Source: Candidatus Limnocylindria bacterium (GTDB taxonomy: Bacteria > Chloroflexota > Limnocylindria > QHBO01). From it: DNA of 62,040 nt. Positions 17,084-25,740 of this stretch are shown in pieces (positions within the stretch are counted from its first letter, which is position 1; each line of letters begins with the position of its first letter). The stretch spans positions 1-62,040 of the forward strand of contig DATBLJ010000031.1 in NCBI GenBank assembly GCA_036555375.1, in the 5' to 3' direction. The position numbers and the translations under genes were made by a program. Below the pieces are notes generated by a model. It made no database searches, had not been told where the DNA came from, and saw nothing but the letters and a program-made list of their open reading frames with translations.

Positions 17084-18616
17084 TCAGGCCCGGAGGGTCA
17101 CCGACTCGCCGAGCGCGGGCACCACGGCCTGGACGCCCAGGTTGCGACCGATGCGGGCCGCGAAGGCGGCCGCGGCGTCGGGCTCGCCATGGGTGACGTA
17201 GACGGCCCGCGGCTTGCCGTCCGCCTGGGACGCCGTCCCGAAGTGGCCGATCCAGGTGTCGAGCTCGGTCTCGTCGGCGTGCGCCGAGAGGCCGGAGATC
17301 GTCTGCACCCGGCAGCGAACCGGCCAGGTCTTGCCGTCGATGTGGGCCTCCTTGCCGCCGTCGGCCAGGTATCGGCCCAGGGTCCCTTCGCCCTGGTAGC
17401 CGATGAACAGGAGCGTCGTGGCGGGGTCGGGGAGCAGGTCCTTGAGGTGGTGGAGGATCCGCCCACCGGTGAGCATCCCGCTTGCCGATACGAGGATGAA
17501 CGGCCGCGGGCTGCCGACGATCGCTTTGGACGCCTCGACGCTGGTCGTGCAGGCCTGGCCCGGGTAGACGAGCGGCGAGTCCCCGGACTGGAGGAGCGCC
17601 AGCGTCTCGGCGTCATAGCCCTCCGGGTGGCGGAGGTAGACGTCGTTGGCCTCGCACGCCATCGGCGAGTCGATGAACAGCGGCAGGTGCGCGATCGCCC
17701 CCTTGCGGACGAGGTCGTCGAGCAGCCAGACGACGTGCTGGGTGCGACCGATGGCGAAGGCCGGGATGAGCAGGACCCCGCCCCGGGCGGCGACTTCGTT
17801 GACGACCGCGGTCAGCTCGGCGATCGCCTGGCTGGCGTCGGGATGCTCGCGGTCGCCGTAGGTCGACTCGACGATGACCGCGTCCGCGTGAGTCAACGGG
17901 GTCGGGTCGCGGAGGATGGGTGTGTCCGGTCGGCCCAGGTCACCGGAGAAGACGATCGTCATCTCCTCGCCGCCGTGATCGCGGACCCGCAGTTCGATGA
18001 TCGCCGAGCCCAGGATGTGGCCCGCGTCGTAGAAGGTGGCCTCGACCCCTTCGGTGACGGTAACCGGTCCCTGGTAGGCGACCGGCCGGACGAGGTCGAT
18101 CGTCCGTTGCACGTCGTCGACGTCGAACAGCGGCGTGTGGGACTCGGTATGCATCGGCGCCGGTTTCGGGACCTTCGCCGCGGTGGCCGCCATCTCGGTC
18201 TCGGTGGCGGTAGCCTCCGACTCGCCGCCGCTCGCCTGGGCGGCCGCCTTGACGGCCGCCTCTTCGGGGTGATGCTTCTTCCAGCGTTCCGCGGCGTACA
18301 TCTGGAGGTGGGCGGAGTCGGTCAGGACGATCTCGGCGAGGTCTGCGGTCGCATCGGTCGTGAACACCGGGTGGCGATAGCCGGCCCGGACGAGCGCCGG
18401 CAGCCGGCCGATGTGGTCGTTGTGAGCATGGGTCAGGAGGACCGCGTCGACGTCGCGGGACCCGTACGAGAACGCCATCCGGTTGCGGGCGATCTCCTCC
18501 ATCCCGCCCTGGAACAGGCCGCAGTCGACGAGGACCCGCCGCTGGCCGACGCTGAGCAGGTACTGCGACCCGGTGACGCCCCCGGCGGCGCCGAGGAAGC
18601 GGAGGGAGATGGCCAC
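17084..18616 (-). CDS. Beta-CASP metallo-beta-lactamase fold nuclease (CPSF/RNase J/Artemis superfamily)
   Basis: MBL motif LLTHAHNDHIGRLP, the N-terminal LRFLGAAGGVTGSQYLL and beta-CASP C-terminal motifs (LSAHAD). There is a low-complexity insert of about 45 aa (AAVKAAAQASGGESEATATETEMAATAAKVPKP). GTG start at 18616. Confidence 0.8.
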   Translation of the reverse strand: MAISLRFLGAAGGVTGSQYLLSVGQRRVLVDCGLFQGGMEEIARNRMAFSYGSRDVDAVLLTHAHNDHIGRLPALVRAGYRHPVFTTDATADLAEIVLTDSAHLQMYAAERWKKHHPEEAAVKAAAQASGGESEATATETEMAATAAKVPKPAPMHTESHTPLFDVDDVQRTIDLVRPVAYQGPVTVTEGVEATFYDAGHILGSAIIELRVRDHGGEEMTIVFSGDLGRPDTPILRDPTPLTHADAVIVESTYGDREHPDASQAIAELTAVVNEVAARGGVLLIPAFAIGRTQHVVWLLDDLVRKGAIAHLPLFIDSPMACEANDVYLRHPEGYDAETLALLQSGDSPLVYPGQACTTSVEASKAIVGSPRPFILVSASGMLTGGRILHHLKDLLPDPATTLLFIGYQGEGTLGRYLADGGKEAHIDGKTWPVRCRVQTISGLSAHADETELDTWIGHFGTASQADGKPRAVYVTHGEPDAAAAFAARIGRNLGVQAVVPALGESVTLRA

Positions 18617-18654
18617 GGCCGGAGTATGCGGCAGTGGCCGGGTACCATCGGTCC
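18617..18654. promoter_or_regulatory. Back-to-back -10 boxes for divergent leaderless genes: CATACT (18623-18628, minus strand) and TACCAT (18643-18648, plus strand)
   Basis: Each hexamer sits exactly 6 nt from its GTG start codon (18616 on the minus strand, 18655 on the plus strand). There is no SD in either gap. Confidence 0.45.
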
Positions 18655-19740
18655 GTGGCCTTTCCCATCGAGCCGCCCATCGAGCCGATGCTCGCCAAGC
18701 CGCAGCCGGCCATCCCGACCGGTCCCGGCTGGCGCTACGAGCCGAAGTGGGACGGCTTCCGCGCCCTGGTCTTCCGCGACGGGCCGGAGGTCTACATCCA
18801 GAGCCGCGACCTCAAGCCGCTGAACCGCTACTTCCCCGAGCTCGAGGAGCCGTTCCGGAAGATCGGGAAGCCCAAGGACCGGTTCGTCCTCGACGGCGAG
18901 ATCGTGATCGCCACCGAGGGCGAGCTGAACTTCGACGCGCTCCTGCTCCGGATCCACCCCGCCGCCTCGCGGGTCGCGATGCTGGCCGAGCAGGCGCCCG
19001 CCTCCTACGTCGCGTTCGATCTGCTGGCCGATGGCGCCAAGGACCTCCGCGACCGCCCGTTCGCCGACCGGCGCACCGGCCTGGAGCAGCTGCTGGCCAA
19101 ACCGCCCGATTCGCTCCAGCTCACGCCGGCGACCGACGACCCGAAGACCGCCCAGCACTGGTTCGAGGTGTTCGAGGGGGCCGGGCTGGACGGAGTCGTC
19201 GCGAAGCCGGCCGACCTTCGCTACGTCCCCGGCAAGCGGGAGATGATCAAGATCAAGCACCAGCGCACCGCCGACTGCGTGCTCGCCGGCTTTCGCTGGC
19301 ACAAGAACGGCCCGGGAACGATGGTCGGCTCCCTTCTGCTGGGCCTGTACGACGACGCGGGGACACTCCAGAGCGTCGGTGTCGCTAGCTCGTTCAGCGA
19401 GGCGCGGCGCCGGGAGCTGGCCGCCGAGCTCGAGCCGCTCCGCAAGGACGCCCTCAGGCACCATCCGTGGCGGGAGTGGAAGGAGGCCGAGGCGGCCTGG
19501 GAGGGGCGGCGCATGCCCGGCGCGACGAGCCGATGGAACCGCGGCAAGGACCTCTCCTGGGAGCCGCTCCGGATCGAGCGGGTGGTCGAGGTCGCCTACG
19601 ACCACCTCCAGGGTGACCGATTCCGACACGCCACCCAGTTCCAGCGCTGGCGGCCGGATCGCAAGCCGGCGTCGTGCCGTTACGACCAGCTGGAGGCCAC
19701 CCCGCCCGCGCTCCTGACAGACCTGTTCGGGGGCCGCTGA
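18655..19740 (+). CDS. ligC: ATP-dependent DNA ligase, LigC type
   Basis: Adenylation motif EPKWDGFRALV (KxDG), GLDGVVAKP, MIKIKHQRT and an OB-domain C-terminus. The N-terminus VAFPIEPPIEPMLAK resembles mycobacterial LigC. The start at GTG 18655 was chosen from the -10 spacing; a GTG at 18634 is the alternative. Confidence 0.88.
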   Translation: MAFPIEPPIEPMLAKPQPAIPTGPGWRYEPKWDGFRALVFRDGPEVYIQSRDLKPLNRYFPELEEPFRKIGKPKDRFVLDGEIVIATEGELNFDALLLRIHPAASRVAMLAEQAPASYVAFDLLADGAKDLRDRPFADRRTGLEQLLAKPPDSLQLTPATDDPKTAQHWFEVFEGAGLDGVVAKPADLRYVPGKREMIKIKHQRTADCVLAGFRWHKNGPGTMVGSLLLGLYDDAGTLQSVGVASSFSEARRRELAAELEPLRKDALRHHPWREWKEAEAAWEGRRMPGATSRWNRGKDLSWEPLRIERVVEVAYDHLQGDRFRHATQFQRWRPDRKPASCRYDQLEATPPALLTDLFGGR

Positions 19741-19820
19741 CCGGGCTACACTCCGGGGGCACTCATCTTCGTGCCCGTCCGCCGAAGCCCACCCCTGCTG
19801 ACCACGAGGTATCTGGTTCC

Positions 19821-21518
19821 GTGTCCCACCACGATCCCAACCTGGCCGTCTCCGAGCTGGCCGATCGGTTCTGGGAAGGCGTCCTCGAACGCGATCCCAT
19901 CACCGCCACGATCTACGGCGACGACCGTTACGACGAGCGCTGGCCGGACCTCGGTCCGAACGGTCGCGCGGCCGAGCGCGCCGCCCTGACCCAGGCGCTC
20001 GCCGAGGCCGAGGCGATCGACCCCGCCAGCCTCGACGTCGAGTCGGTCATCACCCGCGACCTCCTGATCCTCATCGCCCAGAACTACCTCGAGGCCCAGG
20101 ACCGCAAGCTCTACCAGCTGGCCGTCAACCACATGTCCGGCGTCCAGACCTGGCCGTCGGAGATCGCTCAGTACCAGAGAGTCGACACCGAGGTCGGCCT
20201 CGACCGGCTGCTCGCCCGGTACGCCGCCTTCAGCGGGCTGATCGACCAGCACATCGAGACCCTGGACGAGGGCATCGCCGATGGCCGGACCTCGCCGGCG
20301 GTGCCGGTTCGCAAGGCGATCGAGCAGATCGACCGGATGCTGACCGTCCCCGCGGATGTCGCCCCGCCGGTCGTCCTGGCGAACGTCGCCGACGAGTCCG
20401 GCCGCGAGGCGATCCGGGCATCGGTTGCGACCGACCTGTACCCGGCGCTCCAGAAGCTCCGCGACTACCTCGCCGAGACGTACACCCCGCACGCCGCCGC
20501 GACCCCGGGCATCAGCGACACCCCCAACGGCCATGAGGCGTACGGGCTGTGCATCCGAATGCAGACCACCGTCGCCGCGACGCCGGAGGAGGTCCACGCC
20601 TTCGGGATGGAGGACCTCGAGAAGATCGAGGCCGAGAAGGACGAGATCGCGCGGCGGCAGGGCCATGCCGACCGGCACGCCTTCAATGCCGCCCTGGCCG
20701 AGGACCCCGCCAACCGGACGTCGGACCCGGCGCACATCATCGAGCTCGCCCGCGAGCAGACCGACCGGGCGTACGCCACCGCGCCGCGCTACTTCGGACG
20801 GCTGCCGGCGGCGAACTGCGTCGTCCTCCCGGTGGAGGAGTACCGCGAGCGGGAGTCCGCCCCGGCCTTTTACATGCCGCCCACCCTGGACGGCTCGCGC
20901 CCCGGCCAGTACTACCTGAACACCTACCAGCCCGACCAGCGCCAGCTCCACAAGATCGCGTCGATCACGTTCCACGAGGCGACCCCGGGCCACCACTTCC
21001 AGATCGCGATCGAGATGGATCTCCAGGGCCTCGGCCGGTTCCGGACCATCGGCGCGAAGATGGCCGGCTCCGCGTACGTGGAGGGCTGGGGACTCTACAC
21101 CGAGCGACTTGCCGATGAGATGGACCTCTATCAGACCGATGCCGAGCGGCTCGGGATGCTTGACGCCCAGTCCTTCCGGGCCGCGCGCCTGGTCGTCGAC
21201 TCCGGGCTGCACGCGATGGGCTGGACCCGCGACCGCGCGATCACCTTCATGCACGAGCGGGGCTCGCTGCCGATGGTCGACGCCGAGATCGAGGTCGATC
21301 GGTACACGATCTGGCCCGGCCAGGCCCTCAGCTACAAGATGGGCCAGCGCGAGATCGAGCGCGCACGCGAGGACGTGAAGGAGCGGCTGGGCGACCGGTT
21401 CGACCTCCGCGCCTTCCACGACGAGGTGCTTGGCCACGGCTCGCTGCCGCTCGAGACGCTCCGGCGCGAGATCCCCGGCTGGGTGGCCGCAGCGGTGACC
21501 ACGCCCTCCGGGGCGTAG
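19821..21518 (+). CDS. DUF885 family protein
   Basis: GTG at 19821. ADRFWEGVLERDPITATIYGDDRYD at the N-terminus and HEATPGHHFQ (HExxxH-like) near the C-terminal third are typical of DUF885. The upstream part of the track ORF overlaps ligC. Confidence 0.75.
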   Translation: MSHHDPNLAVSELADRFWEGVLERDPITATIYGDDRYDERWPDLGPNGRAAERAALTQALAEAEAIDPASLDVESVITRDLLILIAQNYLEAQDRKLYQLAVNHMSGVQTWPSEIAQYQRVDTEVGLDRLLARYAAFSGLIDQHIETLDEGIADGRTSPAVPVRKAIEQIDRMLTVPADVAPPVVLANVADESGREAIRASVATDLYPALQKLRDYLAETYTPHAAATPGISDTPNGHEAYGLCIRMQTTVAATPEEVHAFGMEDLEKIEAEKDEIARRQGHADRHAFNAALAEDPANRTSDPAHIIELAREQTDRAYATAPRYFGRLPAANCVVLPVEEYRERESAPAFYMPPTLDGSRPGQYYLNTYQPDQRQLHKIASITFHEATPGHHFQIAIEMDLQGLGRFRTIGAKMAGSAYVEGWGLYTERLADEMDLYQTDAERLGMLDAQSFRAARLVVDSGLHAMGWTRDRAITFMHERGSLPMVDAEIEVDRYTIWPGQALSYKMGQREIERAREDVKERLGDRFDLRAFHDEVLGHGSLPLETLRREIPGWVAAAVTTPSGA

Positions 21519-21538
21519 CCCGGCGCGGTCGGCGTTTC

Positions 21539-22117
21539 ATGCTCCGCCCGGAGCGGGTGACGCTCGAGGGGCGGGTCGTCCGGCTCGAGCCCCTCGAGGG
21601 GCGGCACCGCGACGACCTGCTGGCCGCGGCCGCCGACCCCGACACCTGGCGCTACATGGGCACCGTGCTGTCCGGTCCGGAGGGCTGGGACGCGTATCTG
21701 GCCTATGCCCTGCGCCCCGAGTTCGTGGCGTGGGCCACCGTCGACAAGGCCTCGGGCAAGGCGATCGGCTCCACGCGCTTCGGCGACATCGAGCCCGACC
21801 ACGACCGGGTCGAGATTGGCTGGACCTGGATCACGCCTGCCTTCCAACGGACGGCGGTCAACACCGAGGCCAAGCTCCTCCAGCTGACGTACGCCTTCGA
21901 GACGCTGGGCGCCGGTCGGGTCGCCCTGAAGACCGATGGGCGCAACGAGCGCTCGCAAGCCGCCATCGCCCGGCTGGGCGCGGTCCGGGAGGGCACCCTG
22001 CGCCGCCACATGCGGCTGCCCGACGGCTACGTCCGGGACACGGTCTATTTCTCGATCCTCGCCGACGAGTGGCCCGCAGTGAAAGCCCGCCTCGCCGAGC
22101 GCCTGGAGCGCGGCTGA
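21539..22117 (+). CDS. GNAT family N-acetyltransferase (RimJ/RimL-like)
   Basis: 192 aa. VRLEPLEGRH ... IGWTWITPAFQRTAVNTEAKLLQLTYAFE ... NERSQAAIARLGAVREGTLR is the standard acetyltransferase core. Confidence 0.85.
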   Translation: MLRPERVTLEGRVVRLEPLEGRHRDDLLAAAADPDTWRYMGTVLSGPEGWDAYLAYALRPEFVAWATVDKASGKAIGSTRFGDIEPDHDRVEIGWTWITPAFQRTAVNTEAKLLQLTYAFETLGAGRVALKTDGRNERSQAAIARLGAVREGTLRRHMRLPDGYVRDTVYFSILADEWPAVKARLAERLERG

Positions 22118-22130
22118 GGGTCGCGGAGGT

Positions 22131-22206
22131 TGGAGCGGGAGACGGGGATCGAACCCGCGACATTCAGCTTGGAAGGCTGACGCTCTGCCAACTGAGCTAC
22201 TCCCGC
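22131..22206 (-). tRNA. tRNA-Gly (anticodon UCC), CCA encoded
   Basis: The reverse complement folds by hand into a cloverleaf: acceptor GCGGGAG/CTCCCGC, D arm GCTC-AGTTGGCA-GAGC, anticodon stem TCAGC/GCTGA with loop CTTCCAA, T arm GCGGG-TTCGATC-CCCGT, discriminator T, then CCA. Confidence 0.95.
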
Positions 22207-22288
22207 CCGCGAGGGCGACGGCCATGATAGACGCTCGTTTCGCGATCGCCGGCCTCGCGACGATGACCAGCATGACGGCCGCGACCAC

Positions 22289-22294
22289 TACCAT
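22289..22294 (+). promoter_or_regulatory. TACCAT -10 box 6 nt upstream of the ParB-like ATG (leaderless pattern)
   Basis: The local sequence is TACCAT-GGGGGC-ATG, with no SD. Confidence 0.4.
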
Positions 22295-22300
22295 GGGGGC

Positions 22301-22921
22301 ATGCCACACAAGCACGGTGGGAAGGCAGGTCGGCTCGCCGCCGGAGTGGAAGCGGTCGCGGACGCCGTGGTCGAAGCTGGCGAGGCGCTCCCGGGTCGAC
22401 GGCGGAATCGACCCTTGCCGAATCTGTACGACGTCCATCCAGATGCTCGGCTCGCGCCAGTCCGCGAGCTCGGCCTGTGTGCCGTTCCGGTGGGCGAGGT
22501 GATCGGGACGGCCGTTCAGGGCGTCGCTCAACGCGGCTTGGACTTCCAGCCATTGCCTGCGTTCCGCTCCACGAACTGGCGCGGGCGCTTCCAGCGCATC
22601 CGCAAGGCCCTCGACCGGCTGGAAACGCTCCCGCCCATCGACGTGCTGAAGACGGCCGAAGGGTACTGGGTCATCGACGGCCATAACCGGGTCGCTGCCG
22701 CCCGAGCCAACGGCCAGGTGGACATCGACGCGGACGTGCGGTACGTGATGCTCCCGGGCCAACCGCCCATCCCATCGGGCTCGCTGGCCCCGGTGCTGGT
22801 CGGATCGGACCAGATTCGGGCGGTGGGTCGAGGCCGGTACACTCCGGGCCTTTCGGCCGACTCGCGCGTGGGCGATCAGACCATCGAGTCCGCGGCCGAC
22901 GACCCCGAACAGCCCCGGTGA
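22301..22921 (+). CDS. Stand-alone ParB/sulfiredoxin-like N-terminal-domain protein
   Basis: 206 aa. The core VPVGEVIGTAV ... LPPIDVLKTAEGYWVIDGHNRVAAARANG ... IDADV fits the ParB-like nuclease (ParBc) fold, with DGHNR in the place of the ParB GERR box. No HTH or dimerisation domain follows it. Confidence 0.6.
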   Translation: MPHKHGGKAGRLAAGVEAVADAVVEAGEALPGRRRNRPLPNLYDVHPDARLAPVRELGLCAVPVGEVIGTAVQGVAQRGLDFQPLPAFRSTNWRGRFQRIRKALDRLETLPPIDVLKTAEGYWVIDGHNRVAAARANGQVDIDADVRYVMLPGQPPIPSGSLAPVLVGSDQIRAVGRGRYTPGLSADSRVGDQTIESAADDPEQPR

Positions 22922-23646
22922 CGCGCCGGCTCGCCCTCCGTTGGCCGAACTCGCGGCCTTTCCATCGCCACGGAGGACGGCCGCTGCGGCTCCTCGCCGT
23001 TTCCGATGAGATCGATCCGGCGCTCGAGGTGCTCGCGAACCGGGATGCGCTCGAGCCGGTGGACCTCGTCGTCGGTTGCGGCGACCTGGCGCCCGACTGG
23101 CTGGGATTCCTGGCGGACGCCTTCCGGGCACCCCTGACCTACGTGCGCGGCAACCACGACCGGCGCGGTCCGTGGCCGTTTCCGCCCGGCATCCCCGCCC
23201 CCTCCTCCGGCTGGGTCGACCGGCTGGTGCCGGGCGTCCCCATCCTTGCCCTGCCGTGGCCGGGACGTGACGGCGAGCCCGCGCGTCGCGACGAGCGGGC
23301 CGCCTGGGGCCAGGTGCTCGGCCGCGTGCTGCTCCGCCCGCCAAACCCTGCCGTGGGCGCGATCATCGTCAGCCACGTGCCGCCGCGGGGGGCCGGGGAC
23401 ACCCCCGGGGATGAGTACCACGTGGGCTTCGCCGCCTATGCGTTCGCCCTCCGGCGCGTCCAGCCCGTGGTGTGGCTGCACGGCCACACGACCCGGGCCG
23501 CGCAGCGGGACTGGCGGACCCAGCGCGGCGCGACCACCCTGGTGAATGTGACCGGATCGGTTCTCGTGGAGCTGACCTCGCCCGACGCTGCGGACGGGGT
23601 GCCCGGGGAAGCCGGAGGCCTTAGGTCGAGCGCGGAAGGACGGTGA
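22918..23646 (+). CDS. Calcineurin-like metallophosphoesterase
   Basis: Its start forms a GTGA overlap with the ParB-like stop. Motifs are LLAVSDEID (motif I lacks the usual His), GCGDL, VRGNHD, IVSHVPP and WLHGHT. Confidence 0.75.
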   Translation: MTRRLALRWPNSRPFHRHGGRPLRLLAVSDEIDPALEVLANRDALEPVDLVVGCGDLAPDWLGFLADAFRAPLTYVRGNHDRRGPWPFPPGIPAPSSGWVDRLVPGVPILALPWPGRDGEPARRDERAAWGQVLGRVLLRPPNPAVGAIIVSHVPPRGAGDTPGDEYHVGFAAYAFALRRVQPVVWLHGHTTRAAQRDWRTQRGATTLVNVTGSVLVELTSPDAADGVPGEAGGLRSSAEGR

Positions 23647-25582
23647 TGGCGGCGCTGTCGCCCGACATCGGGGCCGGAACCTGCTCCGCCATCGGCTGCG
23701 GCTCCCGACGGGGCTGACCCGCCTTCGGTCCGCGCTGCTCGGCCTGGATGACGTGGACCACCGCGTTGATCAGGGCCAGGTGGGTGAACGCCTGTGGGAA
23801 GTTGCCGAGGTGACGGCCCGTTTCGGGGTCCAGCTCCTCCCCGTAGAGGCCCAGCGGGCTGGCGTTCTTCAGCAGCTTCTCGCACAGCCGGCGGGCGCGG
23901 TCCCATTCCCCGATCTCGACCAGGGCCGATACCAGCCAGAAGGAGCAGATGGTGAAGGTGCCCTCGTCCCCGGACAGCCCGTCATCGGTCTGGTCCACGC
24001 GGTAGCGGCGGACGAAGCCGTCCTCGGTCAGCTCGTCGGCAATGGCCAGCACGGTGCGACGGATCCGCTCGTCGCTCGGCGGTAGGAAGCCGACCAGCGG
24101 CATGAGCAGCATCGAGGCGTCGAGGGCGTCGGTGTCGTAGTGCTGGGTGAACACGCCCCGCTTGTCGAGGGCGTGCGCGCAGATATCGGCCCGGATCTCG
24201 TCGGCCGCGGCGTTCCATCGCTCCGCGAGCTCGGCCTCCTCGCGCAGGCTGGCCAGCTTGGCGCCGCGATCGACGGCCACCCAGCACATGACTTTCGAGC
24301 TCGTGAAGTGCTTCGGCTCCCCGCGGACTTCCCAGATGCCGCGGTCCGGCTCGCGCCAGTAGCGCAGGGCCGACTCGACCTGGCGGACCAGGATGGGCCA
24401 GATCCGCTCGTCCAGGCTCTCGCGGCGGGCGTGGAGATAGACCGAATCCAGCATGACTCCCCACACGTCGTGCTGGCGCTGGCCGTACGCCGCATTCCCG
24501 ATCCGGACCGGGCGGGCCCCCTGGTAGCCGTGCAGGTGATCGAGCGTCTGCTCCTCCGGGACCGGCCCACCGTTGATGCCGTACATGACCTGGAGCTCGC
24601 CCTCGGCCCCCGCGACATCGGCCAGGAAGTACAGGTAGTCGTTCGCCTCCCAGTTGAAGCCCAGGGTGTGCAGGCCCCACAGGGCGAAGGTCGAATCGCG
24701 CAGCCAGGAGTAGCGGTAGTCCCAGTTGCGCTCCCCGCCGCGGGTCTCGGGAAGCGAGGTGGTGGGCGCCGCCACGATCGCGCCGGTGGGAGCGTAGGTC
24801 AGGCCCTTGAGGGTGAGCGCGGCACGCTGGAGGATGCTCCGCCACGGGTGGTCGGGGAAGCTTCCGCGCGCCAGCCAGTGCTGCCAGTGGTGGGCGGTCC
24901 AGAGGAGCCGCCGCTCGGCCTCGTCGTAGGTCCGGGGCGGCTGCCCGGTGTGCCAGGAGAGGGCCACGAACCGCGTCTCGCCGTCCTTGATCATCGTTCG
25001 GCCCAGCGCCCGGGGACCTTCGGAGCCGAGGTTGATATCGCTGGTCAGGGTGACCGACTGGGTCGTGCCGTCGGCCTGACAGCGGGCCTGGAAGTACCCG
25101 TCTTCGGTGAACTCCCAGGAGCCCAGGGTCTGCCCGTACTCGAACACCGGTTCGCAGTCCAGGCTGACCTGCACGTGGCCCTGGACGCAGCGGACCGTCC
25201 GCAGGAGGACGTGCTCGGCGTCGTAGTCGGTCGGGGCGCGGCGCTGGGAGTGCGAGCGGTCGCGATCATGGCGCCACGGGCCGATGAGCATCACGTCCCG
25301 GACGATGATCCAGCCCGTCTCGGTCTGCCAGGTCGTCTCCAGGATCATCGTGCCGGGGAGATACCGAAAGGAGACGGGAACCGTGACATCCGAGGGGCCA
25401 AGCCGGAAGCCGCCGGCGTCCCGGTCCAGGATGGCGCCGAACACGCTGGGCGAGTCCATCTGGTTGAGGCACAGCCACTCGACATTGCCGCTCGGCGCGA
25501 TGAGGGCCGTGGTTTCGCAGTCGGAGAGGAACCCGTACTCCTCGATGGGGGGGTAGGCCGATCCAGACGGGAAGTGGCCCAT
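23621..25582 (-). CDS. Glycoside hydrolase family 15 (glucoamylase/trehalase-type)
   Basis: The N-terminus PPIEEYGFLSDCETTALIAPSGNVEWLC and the (alpha/alpha)6 catalytic-region motifs (RNWDYRYSWLRDS, NEGTF-like DEGTFTICSFWLV) are GH15 hallmarks. The ATG at 25582 was chosen because GAGGAGA lies 8 nt upstream. The track start at 25693 is an alternative. Confidence 0.85.
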   Translation of the reverse strand: MGHFPSGSAYPPIEEYGFLSDCETTALIAPSGNVEWLCLNQMDSPSVFGAILDRDAGGFRLGPSDVTVPVSFRYLPGTMILETTWQTETGWIIVRDVMLIGPWRHDRDRSHSQRRAPTDYDAEHVLLRTVRCVQGHVQVSLDCEPVFEYGQTLGSWEFTEDGYFQARCQADGTTQSVTLTSDINLGSEGPRALGRTMIKDGETRFVALSWHTGQPPRTYDEAERRLLWTAHHWQHWLARGSFPDHPWRSILQRAALTLKGLTYAPTGAIVAAPTTSLPETRGGERNWDYRYSWLRDSTFALWGLHTLGFNWEANDYLYFLADVAGAEGELQVMYGINGGPVPEEQTLDHLHGYQGARPVRIGNAAYGQRQHDVWGVMLDSVYLHARRESLDERIWPILVRQVESALRYWREPDRGIWEVRGEPKHFTSSKVMCWVAVDRGAKLASLREEAELAERWNAAADEIRADICAHALDKRGVFTQHYDTDALDASMLLMPLVGFLPPSDERIRRTVLAIADELTEDGFVRRYRVDQTDDGLSGDEGTFTICSFWLVSALVEIGEWDRARRLCEKLLKNASPLGLYGEELDPETGRHLGNFPQAFTHLALINAVVHVIQAEQRGPKAGQPRREPQPMAEQVPAPMSGDSAAITVLPRST

Positions 25583-25740
25583 CCCGGACCTCTCCTCGTG
25601 CGCCGGCTTTCCGTTCGCGGACATCCCGTTGCCGTCCATGGCCGCACAGTCTGCCTCGCAGGCGCGCGTTCCGCCAGAGGTACCGATGGTCATGGGCAGG
25701 ATCGACCAGGCGGTCCCAAGGGGCCGATAGACTCCGAGCC

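Noticed and set aside
22131-23646. tRNA-Gly as the attachment site of a genomic island carrying the ParB-like and phosphoesterase genes
   Set aside because: No integrase or recombinase is present, I found no direct repeat of the tRNA 3' end, and there is no obvious compositional shift. The genes also lie at the 5' side of the tRNA.
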